55,937 nt of DNA, from contig JBBRLJ010000034.1 of assembly GCA_038231435.1 (NCBI GenBank), forward strand, positions 1 to 55,937, read 5' to 3'. Positions 1 to 8,123 of this stretch are shown in pieces. Below the pieces are notes generated by a model. That model had not been told where the DNA came from, did not search any database, and worked only from the letters and a program-made list of their open reading frames with translations. Position 1 is the first letter of the stretch, and each line of letters opens with the position of its first letter. A program made the translations under genes and the position numbers. Source of the stretch: Planctomycetota bacterium (lineage in GTDB: Bacteria; Planctomycetota; UBA11346).

Positions 1-7
1 CCCGCAT

Positions 8-130
8 CGGGCGCCGAGTGACGTTGGGCGGATACCATGGGCAAAGCCCATCCGCCCACGCCTTCGCCGGCCCCCGGCGAATGCGAGTCCCGACAAAGCC
101 CGTGGGGGCCCGGGGGCAAAGCCCCCGCAC
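8..130. repeat. Structured interspersed palindromic element (REP/MITE-like family A)
   Basis: TGGGCGGA..ATGGGCAAAGCCCATCCGCCCA hairpin, TTCGCCGG/CCGGCGAA hairpin, then CCCGACAAAGCCCGTGGGGG-GGGGGCAAAGCCCCC. Related copies at ~7558, ~48045, ~55716 and ~55863. Confidence 0.75.
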
Positions 131-136
131 AAATAG

Positions 137-997
137 TCAGACGGCGGCGTGGACCGGCGGCAGGACCGGATCCATCGGCTGCACGATCTTGCGGCGCTCG
201 GGCGACAGGCGCGCCAGCAGCTCCGGGGACGGACGGTAACCATTGCGGAAGTTGCCCCAGCTCGGCCCGTAGCGGTAGATGCTGATGCGCCGCTGGCCCG
301 GATTCACCCGCGCCGCGGAGCCGTGCATCAGCGCGTCGACGAACAGCAGAGCGTCGCCGGCCTGCAGGTGCACCTCGACGGCTTGCTCGACGCCGTCCAT
401 GGAATCGGAATTGCCCCAGCCCTTGCTCTTCGACGCCACGTCCGGGTGCTCGAAATGGGATTTGTGGCTGCCGGGGACCACCATCGTCGCGCCGTCCCCG
501 GCGCCGATGTCGGTGTAGGCGATGATGACGTTCACCTGTCCGCAGTGGAATTTGCGGTCGCGTACCGCGTACTGCGTGCGCTTGCCGCACCCCGCCATGC
601 CCGAATGCATGGGGATCGCCTGGCCGGGCGTGCGGATGTTGGCCATGCACTCGTCGATGAACAACGGGCCATGGCAGTAGTCGAAGGTGCCATCGCCGCC
701 GACGAAGGTGCGCACGCGCTCGATGTAGTTCGGGTGATCGATCAGCCGTTCGAACGCTTCCCCGCCTTCGTAGATCTGCTGGAGGTTGAGCCCGGCCTTG
801 CCGTCGTAGTCGTGGCCATGGATGTAGCCCTCCCAGTCGCCGGTCTTCAGGTGCTGCAGCGAATCGATGACGCGGTTGCAGTCGGCAACCTCGGTGCGAT
901 TCAAGGCGCCACGGATGACGATGAAGCCGTTGAGGTCGAAGAAGAAGATGTCGCGGTCGGTAGGGGTGACGGCGCCTGGATAGAAATTGGTCGACAT
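137..997 (-). CDS. Phytanoyl-CoA dioxygenase (PhyH) family Fe(II)/2OG oxygenase
   Basis: N-terminal FDLNGFIVIRGAL, GATMVVPGSH motif, AGDALLF..ALMHG..N...RR. Confidence 0.85.
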   Translation of the reverse strand: MSTNFYPGAVTPTDRDIFFFDLNGFIVIRGALNRTEVADCNRVIDSLQHLKTGDWEGYIHGHDYDGKAGLNLQQIYEGGEAFERLIDHPNYIERVRTFVGGDGTFDYCHGPLFIDECMANIRTPGQAIPMHSGMAGCGKRTQYAVRDRKFHCGQVNVIIAYTDIGAGDGATMVVPGSHKSHFEHPDVASKSKGWGNSDSMDGVEQAVEVHLQAGDALLFVDALMHGSAARVNPGQRRISIYRYGPSWGNFRNGYRPSPELLARLSPERRKIVQPMDPVLPPVHAAV

Positions 998-1113
998 GGT
1001 GCGAGCTCCAATGAGGCAGGCGTGGCTATGCGAATGTTCGGGAAGCAGATATGCGACAGAATACGTATCGATATCGAGTTTGCTTCATCATTTCGGTTGC
1101 CACACTGGGCGAA

Positions 1114-1956
1114 ATGTTGCACGACGCATCTGGGCCGACGTGGCGACAGACCTGTTTCGTGCCCGCGGCGGGTCCCGAGCTCGAAGGCTCCGAGGTGGCC
1201 ATCGAGGTGCTCGGACGCTTCACCAGCCGCGGCGGATTCGATCTGCGCCAAGTGCCGCGGCGGGTGTCGGTGCACGTGGTGCACGCCGGCGAAGGTTCGG
1301 TCGAGATGGGCGGACGGCGGTGGCGCGCGGGACCGGGATCGGTGTTCACCTTCGCGCCCGGCTTCGACGTTCATTATTCTGACCATCCGGATCGGCCGTG
1401 GCGCTACAGCTGGTTCACGCTGGTGGGCACGCGCGCGCGCGAACTCGCGGCGCAGCTCGGCGACGAACCTGGCCCCTGGTGCCGCGATGATCTGCCGGTG
1501 GGCCGCGTCATCGGCCTGCTCGACGAGGTCGAGGGCGCATTCCGCAGCGAGGACCACTCGTCCTTCTTCCCGCAGTGCGCGGCGTGGCGGCTGCTCGACG
1601 CGCTCAGCCCGCGCACACCCGGCTCCGACCGCACCGCGCATCTCGCCTCGGCGGTGCGGCGCATCCTCGACGAGCAGTTCGCCTTGCCGCTGAAGATCAG
1701 CTCGCTCGCCGGCCAGCTCGGCGTGGATCGCAGCACGGTGTTCCGCCGCTTCCAGGCGCTGTACGGCTGCCCGCCGAAGACCTACCTCGATCGCCAGCGA
1801 CTGGAGCATGCGGTGGCGCTGATGCGCGATGGTGCATTGGGCATGGCCGACGTGGCGCAGCGGTGCGGTTACGCCAGCGCGCACCGCTTCTCGAAAGCGT
1901 TCAGAGCGCGCTTTGGCGTCGCCCCGACGCGCTTCCGTGGCGGCGCCTCGCCATGA
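1114..1956 (+). CDS. AraC family transcriptional regulator
   Basis: Cupin-like N-terminus and C-terminal double HTH (LAGQLGVDRSTVFRRF...VAQRCGYASAHRFSKAFRARFGVAP). Divergent from the PhyH gene. ATG 1114 chosen as start. Confidence 0.9.
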   Translation: MLHDASGPTWRQTCFVPAAGPELEGSEVAIEVLGRFTSRGGFDLRQVPRRVSVHVVHAGEGSVEMGGRRWRAGPGSVFTFAPGFDVHYSDHPDRPWRYSWFTLVGTRARELAAQLGDEPGPWCRDDLPVGRVIGLLDEVEGAFRSEDHSSFFPQCAAWRLLDALSPRTPGSDRTAHLASAVRRILDEQFALPLKISSLAGQLGVDRSTVFRRFQALYGCPPKTYLDRQRLEHAVALMRDGALGMADVAQRCGYASAHRFSKAFRARFGVAPTRFRGGASP

Positions 1957-2063
1957 GCCTGCCACTGCCACTGCCACGCCCATCGCCGTGAGCCTTGGTA
2001 GGTGCGAGTGGGTTGGGGGCCGCGCGCGGCCCATTTCGCCTGTCTTGCCGATCCCGGGCGAGG

Positions 2064-2414
2064 ATGATGGCAACGAGGACGCCGCGCATGAATCACTACA
2101 GCCGCATCAGGCAGCAGATCAGCTACATCATCATTGCCGCGCCGCGTTTCCCGGCCGAGGATGGCACCGACACCAAGCGCGAATTCGACCGACTGTTCAA
2201 GGTGCTGGCCGAGGCCCAGGGCATGACTCAGGATGCGCAGAAACGCGGCGCGCTCGAGCAGGCTAGTCGCGAGGCGCGCGGCGCCCTCACTTTCTACGAA
2301 GCCGACAATGCCGCCGAAGCAGTGAAGCTGCTACGCACGGCCGAAGCGCGTTTCAAGGATCTGAATCCCTCGCGCATCATCCCCGCCGATCCTCCGGCCA
2401 AGCCGAAGGCCTGA
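2064..2414 (+). CDS. Hypothetical small helical protein
   Basis: Clean ORF with host-like codon usage and GAGG before ATG 2064 (alternative start 2088). Confidence 0.6.
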   Translation: MMATRTPRMNHYSRIRQQISYIIIAAPRFPAEDGTDTKREFDRLFKVLAEAQGMTQDAQKRGALEQASREARGALTFYEADNAAEAVKLLRTAEARFKDLNPSRIIPADPPAKPKA

Positions 2415-2439
2415 GCGCACCGAGGCGACAGACGTCGGA

Positions 2440-2997
2440 CTACTTCGTCAGCGACTGCAGCGTCTCGAGGCTCTTCTGGTAGCCAGGGACCTTGTCAACC
2501 GGGGTCGCGTCCAGGAGCGCCTTGCCGATCGTGCCGTCTCCGAACACCGACTGCAACTTGGTCGCCGCGGGGACGTCCTTGAACTTGGCCGCGAAGCCGT
2601 CCTTGCTGTCGGTGCTGGTGGTGAGCTTGGTGAAGGCGCCATCGCTCGCGACCTTCTTGTTGTCCGAGAGCGATTGCAGATCGGTCTTGAAGCCTTGGGC
2701 GAGCTTGAGCCGGTCGTCGCCCTTGGCCGCGTCGCCGCCGCCGACGAGACCGCCGAGCTTGCTGGAGACGCCGGTCGCCTTGCACGCGCTCACCAGTACG
2801 TCTGCAGCCGACGAGCACTTCTTGAGGAACGATTCGTTCACCTCGGGCTGCGTGGTGGCGGGCGCGGCGGCGGCTGGAGCGGATGGTGCCGCCGGCGTCG
2901 CGGGCACGGGCGCGTCGGCGCCGCGCGCGGCGGGTGCCATCGCGCAGAGCAGGGAGAGGGTCAGGGAGAGGGTCGTGGCGATCGCGCGGTGCGACAT
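2440..2997 (-). CDS. Secreted hypothetical protein
   Basis: Signal peptide MSHRAIATTLSLTLSLLCAMAPAARGA, Pro/Ala linker, Lys-rich helical domain. AGGAG RBS. Confidence 0.7.
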   Translation of the reverse strand: MSHRAIATTLSLTLSLLCAMAPAARGADAPVPATPAAPSAPAAAAPATTQPEVNESFLKKCSSAADVLVSACKATGVSSKLGGLVGGGDAAKGDDRLKLAQGFKTDLQSLSDNKKVASDGAFTKLTTSTDSKDGFAAKFKDVPAATKLQSVFGDGTIGKALLDATPVDKVPGYQKSLETLQSLTK

Positions 2998-3159
2998 GGA
3001 GGCTCCTGGGGGAGGGTGTTGTCCATCGCGCGGCGGCGGACGCAAGCCGGCATGGCGAATTGGTGACCCGCGACGAGGAATTGTGACCACTTGCAGAGGC
3101 GAGGCCGCTCTGGTGGACGAGCGTACAGCCCTTAGATTTCCATGCTCGGAGCCACCCAC

Positions 3160-4716
3160 ATGAGCGCCTCTTCCATCTCAAGTAAGACCTCCAGCAACAC
3201 CGTGCACGGTCTCGCGACCGATCTCGAGATCTGGTTCATCACCGGCAGCCAGCATCTCTACGGCCCGGAGGCGCTGAAGGAGGTGGCTTCGAACTCGCAG
3301 AAGCTGGTGGCCGGCCTGAACGGCACCAAGCGCCTGCCGCTGAAGCTGGTGTTCAGGCCGATCGTCACCACGCCGGATTCCATCCGCGAGTTGTGCCTCG
3401 AAGCCAACAACAATGCGAAGTGCGCCGGGCTGATGCTGTGGATGCACACCTTCTCGCCGTCGAAGATGTGGATCGGCGGTCTCACCGCCCTGCGCAAGCC
3501 GATGTTGCACCTGCACACCCAGTTCAATCGCGACCTGCCCTGGGAATCCATCGACATGGATTTCATGAACCTCAACCAGGCCGCGCACGGCGATCGCGAG
3601 CACGGTTTCATCCACACGCGCCTGCGCCTCGAACGCAAGGTGGTGGTGGGGCACTGGCAGGACACCGAGGTGGTCGACCGCGTCGCCGCCTGGATGCGCG
3701 CCACCCGCGGCTGGGCCGACATGCAGGGCGCGCGCTTCGCGCGCTTCGGCGACAACATGCGCTTCGTCGCGGTCACCGAGGGTGACAAGGTCTCGGCCGA
3801 GATCCGGCTCGGCTACTCGGTCAACTACTACGGCGTCGGCGATCTCGTGCACGAGATCGACCGCATCACCAACGCCGCCGCCGACACGCTGTGCGCCGAA
3901 TACGACGAGTCCTACCAGGTGGTGCCGGCGCTGCGCAAGGGCGGCGCCAAGCGCGCTAATCTGCAATACGCCGCCAAGATCGAGCTCGGCCTGCGCGCCT
4001 TCCTCGAGCGCGGCGGATTCAAGGGCTTCACCAACACCTTCGAGGACCTCCACGGCCTGAAGCAGCTCCCGGGCCTGGCTGTGCAGCGCCTGATGGCCGA
4101 TGGCTATGGCTTCGGCGCCGAGGGCGACTGGAAGACCTGCGCCCTGCTGCGCGCGATGAAGGCGATCGCCGCCGACCTTCCCGGCGGAACCTCGTGGATG
4201 GAGGACTACACCTACCACCTCGACCCCAAGGGGCCGCTGGTGCTCGGCGCGCACATGCTCGAGGTCTGCCCGTCGATCGCGGCCGCCAAGCCGGTGCTCG
4301 ACATCGCGCCGCTCGGCATCGGCGGCAAGGATGATCCGGTGCGCCTGGTGTTCGACGCCAAGGCCGGCCCGGCGCTGAACGCCACCATGATCGATCTCGG
4401 CAATCGCTTCCGCCTGATCGTCAACGAGCTCGACACGGTCAAGCCGCCGAAGCCACTGCCGAAACTGCCGGTGGCGCGCGCGGTGTGGAAACCGCGGCCC
4501 GACTTCAAGACCGCGGCCGCGGCTTGGATTTTGTCGGGCGGAGCGCACCACGCGAGCTACAGCTCGGCGGTGACCACCGAGCATCTCGAGGACTTCGCGG
4601 CGATCGCCGGCATCGAGATGGTGACGATCGGCGAGGGCACCAGGATCAGCGATCTCAAGCGCGAGCTGCGCTGGAACGAGCTGCACTACCATTTGGCGCA
4701 AGGTATCGGCCGGTAG
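3160..4716 (+). CDS. araA: L-arabinose isomerase
   Basis: [60 protein letters not shown] and GGAHH motifs. Confidence 0.97.
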   Translation: MSASSISSKTSSNTVHGLATDLEIWFITGSQHLYGPEALKEVASNSQKLVAGLNGTKRLPLKLVFRPIVTTPDSIRELCLEANNNAKCAGLMLWMHTFSPSKMWIGGLTALRKPMLHLHTQFNRDLPWESIDMDFMNLNQAAHGDREHGFIHTRLRLERKVVVGHWQDTEVVDRVAAWMRATRGWADMQGARFARFGDNMRFVAVTEGDKVSAEIRLGYSVNYYGVGDLVHEIDRITNAAADTLCAEYDESYQVVPALRKGGAKRANLQYAAKIELGLRAFLERGGFKGFTNTFEDLHGLKQLPGLAVQRLMADGYGFGAEGDWKTCALLRAMKAIAADLPGGTSWMEDYTYHLDPKGPLVLGAHMLEVCPSIAAAKPVLDIAPLGIGGKDDPVRLVFDAKAGPALNATMIDLGNRFRLIVNELDTVKPPKPLPKLPVARAVWKPRPDFKTAAAAWILSGGAHHASYSSAVTTEHLEDFAAIAGIEMVTIGEGTRISDLKRELRWNELHYHLAQGIGR

Positions 4717-4733
4717 CATCTGCCGATAGCAGC

Positions 4734-5140
4734 GGCCATCATCGAACGCGATGCCGGCGTTGGCTCACCGCTCGCGGTAGATGACTACCGCTTCGGGATC
4801 GCCGCCTTGGCCTCGCGCTCGATGATGGTCCTCGCGGTTCTTCGCGGACTCGAACCGGAGACTGGCCAGTAACGAATGCGAGGCTGGCGTTGGCTCACCG
4901 CTCGCGGTAGATGACTACGGCTTCGGGATCGCCGCCTTGGCCTCGCGCTCGATGATGCTCCTCGCGGTTCTTCGCGGACTCGAACCGGAGACTGGCCAGT
5001 AACGAATGCGAGGCTGGCGTTGGCTCACCGCTCGCGGTAGATGACTACCGCTTCGGGATCGCCGCTTTGGCCTCGCGCTCGATGATGGTCCTCGCGGTTC
5101 TTCGCGGACTCGAACCGGAGACTGACAAAAAGCGAATGCG
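4734..5140. repeat. Tandem array of three 130-bp units (ERIC/BIME-like ~97-nt hairpin plus 33-nt linker) and a partial fourth
   Basis: Units start at 4734, 4864 and 4994. The cores are nearly identical (single substitutions at 4919, 4958, 5066). Internal GCGGTAG/CTACCGC stem; outer arms 4734-4755 and 4809-4830 match 19/22. Confidence 0.9.
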
Positions 5141-5180
5141 CGCACGACAGCGATCTTCTGGATCGCTGTCGTGCGCGCAT
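5136..5180. terminator. Perfect 20-bp hairpin between the convergent araA and LemA genes (putative bidirectional terminator or stabiliser)
   Basis: ATGCGCGCACGACAGCGATC-TTCTG-GATCGCTGTCGTGCGCGCAT, with an A-run at 5127-5131 that gives a U-tract on the minus strand. Confidence 0.6.
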
Positions 5181-5230
5181 CCGATCATGGTCCTGGCTGT
5201 TCCTCGAGGACTCGAATGGTGACAGGGGGA

Positions 5231-6568
5231 TCAGGGCTTGAGCTTCACTTCAGGCGCGGATTGCCGGGCGACTTGTCCGTCGGAGCCGGCATCCATCTCG
5301 GCCATCAGCGCTTGGCGGCGCATGTGGGCGATGCGGGCGACCACGATGTCGGGAAAGCGTTCGAGGCGGGTGTTCCAGTGGGTGGCGATGTCGTTGAAGT
5401 AGGCGCGGGCGAGGGCGATGCGGTCCTCGCAGTCGATGAGCGAGGCGTGCAGGGCGGCGAAGTTGCCTTGCGCCACGAGCTTGGGATAGGCCTCGGCAAC
5501 GGCGGTCAGGCGCGGCGACGCCGCCAGCAGATCCGGTCCCGGCGTGCCGGGTGGCGTCACCAGCAGCTGCGAGCGCATCATCGCGACGCTCGCCTGCGCG
5601 CCGGCCTCGTGCGCCGCCATCGCCTCGACGATCGGCACCAGACGGGTGATCAGGTCGAAGCGGCGGCGCAGTTGAACCTCGATGTTCGACCAGCCCTGGC
5701 GAACGCGGTTGCGCAGTTCGACCAGGCCGTTGAAGACCAGCCACGACCAGCCGACGAGCCTGGCCGCGACATAGCCGCCGGTGGCGATGGCCGCTGCGGG
5801 GATCGCGTCCATGGGGTCGTGGTAGGGCGAGAGCGCGCCGGCGAGCCAGGCCGAGCCGCCGACGGCGATCAGCCACGCACCGATCTGCAAGGCCAGCGCC
5901 GCCCAGAAATAGCCCTTGGCCACCGCCTGTTCGCCCTGCACCGAGATCACGAACATCGGCGTGTCGCGATCGTAGGCGATCTCGGCGGCGGCGATGTCGT
6001 CGCGTTCGCGCGCATGCCCGAGGACGTAGAGCTGGGCTCCGAGCGGTATGATGGTCTCGTGGAAGCGCCGGCGCATGTCCGAGTTCGAGATCGCCTCGTC
6101 CGGACCCTTGGCGTAGTAGAGCGCGTCGCCTGGCTCGCATTGCGTATCCAAGGACGTGCTGCCGACCACGCGTGCGCCTGCGGGATCGACTCGCACCGCG
6201 CCGGACTCGTCGGCGAGCTCGAACAGGCACTCCTCGCCGCCGCTGGCCACCGTGGTCCAGCCTGATTCGTGGCGGGTGCGCGTCTGGGTGTTGCCCTTGG
6301 AATCGGTATAGGTCTCGCGCACGGTGCGCGACCAGTGCTCGTCGACGCTCCAGCGGTAGTGCACGCAGCGTTCGCCGGCGAGGTACGAGATCAGCGGATG
6401 CGCGCAGCGCGTTTCGGCGACGACCTCGACCAGGCCGATGAACACGCCTCCTGGATGCGAGGTGGGCAGATCGCGTATCAGGCGCCAGCGGCGTTCGTGG
6501 CGAGCCGAGAACAGCAGCAGCACCAGCGCGATCGCCGCGATGCCGGCAAAACCCCAGTGCGGATCCAT
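5231..6568 (-). CDS. LemA family protein with N-terminal GIDE-like membrane domain
   Basis: C-terminal FNGLVELRNRV.QGWSNIEVQLRRRFDLI..L and EAYPKL...EDRIALARAYFND...FP (LemA). N-terminal TM + IRDLPTS..GLVEV...FELADESGAVRVDP (GIDE-like). Confidence 0.8.
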   Translation of the reverse strand: MDPHWGFAGIAAIALVLLLFSARHERRWRLIRDLPTSHPGGVFIGLVEVVAETRCAHPLISYLAGERCVHYRWSVDEHWSRTVRETYTDSKGNTQTRTRHESGWTTVASGGEECLFELADESGAVRVDPAGARVVGSTSLDTQCEPGDALYYAKGPDEAISNSDMRRRFHETIIPLGAQLYVLGHARERDDIAAAEIAYDRDTPMFVISVQGEQAVAKGYFWAALALQIGAWLIAVGGSAWLAGALSPYHDPMDAIPAAAIATGGYVAARLVGWSWLVFNGLVELRNRVRQGWSNIEVQLRRRFDLITRLVPIVEAMAAHEAGAQASVAMMRSQLLVTPPGTPGPDLLAASPRLTAVAEAYPKLVAQGNFAALHASLIDCEDRIALARAYFNDIATHWNTRLERFPDIVVARIAHMRRQALMAEMDAGSDGQVARQSAPEVKLKP

Positions 6569-6710
6569 GACGTCTTGTATCGCGCGCTCGGGGCCGGACT
6601 AGCGCCGCGCCAGAGCGGCGTGAAACGAGCGGTCCTCCCACGGTCCTTTCGCGGGAGGACCTTCCGTCGGTGGGCCTCTCCGTGGGAGAGCCTTCGCCCG
6701 CCTTGCCGTC

Positions 6711-7391
6711 TCAGCTTCCACCGAGATTGCCGTCTGGCTGCATCGTCCGAACGACCGCCCGGCCGACCAGCAGCGACAGGAACAGGATGCCTGCCGAGAA
6801 CAACGCCGGCCTGCGGCCACTGCTCAGGCGCTGGTCCCACTCGCCGTTGAGCGCGACGTAGATGCGCACGTCCTCGTATCCGTCGCCCTTCCTCACGTAC
6901 TGACGCACCAGCGCCTCCTGGCGCATCCCGGCCTTCTGCATCACCCGGCCCGATGCCGGATTGCGCGTGAAGTGATGGGCCTCGATGCGGTTGAGCCCCA
7001 GCTTCGCGAAGCCGACGCCCAGCACAGCGCGCGCCGCCTCGGTGGCGAAACCCTGATTCCAGTACGGCGCGCCGATCCAGTAGCCCAGCTCGGCGCGGTC
7101 GTGGCGCTTGGCGATGGTCAGGCCGACGGCCCCGACCAACGCGTCGTCCTCACGGCGGGTGATGGCGAAGGTCGCCTGTTCGCCGGCAGCGAATGCCGGG
7201 GCGTGCGTGCGGATCCACGCTTCCGCGAGGCCGTCGGGGTACGGATGCGGGATCAGCAGCGTGGTGTCCGCCACCACGCGATCCCCAGCGAGACGCTGGA
7301 CCTCGGCCGCGTCGGCCAGGATGAATGGGCGCAGTCTCAGCCTGAGCGTCGCCACCGTCAGCGGCGCCGCGATCCGGTTGTGCATGACCAT
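6711..7391 (-). CDS. GNAT N-acetyltransferase, RimJ/RimL type
   Basis: RLRLRPF, AELGYWIGAPYWNQGFATEAA, NPASGRVMQKAGM. Start at 7391 or 7385. Confidence 0.9.
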   Translation of the reverse strand: MVMHNRIAAPLTVATLRLRLRPFILADAAEVQRLAGDRVVADTTLLIPHPYPDGLAEAWIRTHAPAFAAGEQATFAITRREDDALVGAVGLTIAKRHDRAELGYWIGAPYWNQGFATEAARAVLGVGFAKLGLNRIEAHHFTRNPASGRVMQKAGMRQEALVRQYVRKGDGYEDVRIYVALNGEWDQRLSSGRRPALFSAGILFLSLLVGRAVVRTMQPDGNLGGS

Positions 7392-7557
7392 GATCGAACC
7401 CCCAGAATACCCGGCACCGCCCGAAATGGGGATGCTCATATAAGGAAACACGCGTGATGGTCTTCGCCCATTACTCACGCACAGCACTCACGCACAGCAG
7501 AACTCAGCGCCCTTGCCCGTGCCGTGCCCTCAATCCGGAGCGAGGCTACCGGGCGAA

Positions 7558-7611
7558 CCCCGACAAAGCCCGTGGGGTAGACCCAGCGGGCCGTAGGGGC
7601 GGAGTCCCTGA
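7558..7611. repeat. Partial family A palindromic element
   Basis: CCCGACAAAGCCCGTGGGG...GGGCCGTAGGGGCGGAGTCCCT matches 89-130 and 55798-55851. Confidence 0.65.
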
Positions 7612-7616
7612 AAAAA

Positions 7617-7756
7617 TGGCTGCTGGTCGGATGGAACCGACGACCCGGATTCACGCCAGTTACGCGAGGACCCATTTCCCGCTCGCGCGCGGATTGAGGA
7701 ACTACCGGGCTTGAGGCTGTTCGATGATCAGGACGGCGTACGTCCCAGCAGCAGCC
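7617..7756 (-). ncRNA. Putative tRNA-like structured RNA (140 nt) with an expanded central arm
   Basis: Minus strand: 8-bp terminal stem GGCTGCTG/CAGCAGCC plus A (ends ..GCCA); D-like arm GGACG-TACGC-CGTCC; T-like arm GTCGG-TTCCAT-CCGAC abutting the terminal stem; long central arm (GCCCGG/CCGGGT, TAGTT/AACTG, CGCGAG/CTCGCG). Flanked by U6 runs. Confidence 0.55.
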
Positions 7757-7768
7757 AAAAAAGGATGA

Positions 7769-7779
7769 TTGTCAAAGAG
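7769..7779 (-). promoter_or_regulatory. boxA-like antitermination motif CTCTTTGACAA
   Basis: Resembles the Nus-factor boxA consensus (GYTCTTTAANA) and lies 12 nt upstream of the tRNA-like RNA. Confidence 0.45.
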
Positions 7780-7815
7780 GGCCGAATGGCCTGAACGACA
7801 GCCGGCCGGTAAACG

Positions 7816-7843
7816 AAAAAACCCCGGCTGGTGAGCCGGGGTT
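7816..7843 (-). terminator. Intrinsic terminator, candidate attenuator
   Basis: Minus strand AACCCCGGCT-CACC-AGCCGGGG followed by TTTTTT, about 30 nt after the stop of a short leader ORF. Confidence 0.75.
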
Positions 7844-7871
7844 CGGTGAAGGCGCGCCTAGGAGGCAGCCG

Positions 7872-8033
7872 TCATCCCGAATTCCCGGAAGCTGAAGCAT
7901 TGCCGACGTGATCGGCGCAGGGCGTACCCATGGCCATTGCCGTGACCGGACCCGCTGCGGCCACGATCGCGGACGATCGGAGCTGCGATGGCGAGCAGGA
8001 GCTCAGCACGGCGGTAAGGGTGCATGCGGACAT
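7872..8033 (-). CDS. Putative leader peptide / small protein (53 aa)
   Basis: GGAGG RBS 9 nt before ATG 8033; MSACTLTAVLSSCSPSQLRSSAIV...GNSG*. Lies between a TTGACA promoter box and a terminator. Confidence 0.4.
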   Translation of the reverse strand: MSACTLTAVLSSCSPSQLRSSAIVAAAGPVTAMAMGTPCADHVGNASASGNSG

Positions 8034-8075
8034 GGAAGCAGGCCTCCGGGTGAATGAGTGGGCGGGTACTGACGC

Positions 8076-8104
8076 AGTCATAAACGCTTCATCGGGTATG
8101 TCAA
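8076..8104 (-). promoter_or_regulatory. Putative sigma70-type promoter
   Basis: Perfect TTGACA (8104-8099), 16-nt spacer, imperfect -10 TATGAC(T). Confidence 0.45.
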
Positions 8105-8123
8105 CAATCGGCTCATCAGGTCG

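Noticed and set aside
4734..5140. CRISPR array
   Set aside because: The whole 130-bp units are near-identical, there are no unique spacers, and no cas genes are in the window.
7392..7404. GGGGGTTCGATC on the minus strand as a second tRNA remnant
   Set aside because: No complementary T-stem or acceptor stem; better explained as the GNAT ribosome-binding region.
7617..7756. Canonical tRNA, tRNA-Sec, tmRNA or 6S RNA
   Set aside because: No 7-nt anticodon loop, a 6-nt T-loop, and 140-nt length; no tag ORF and no 6S-like rod with a central bubble that I can identify.
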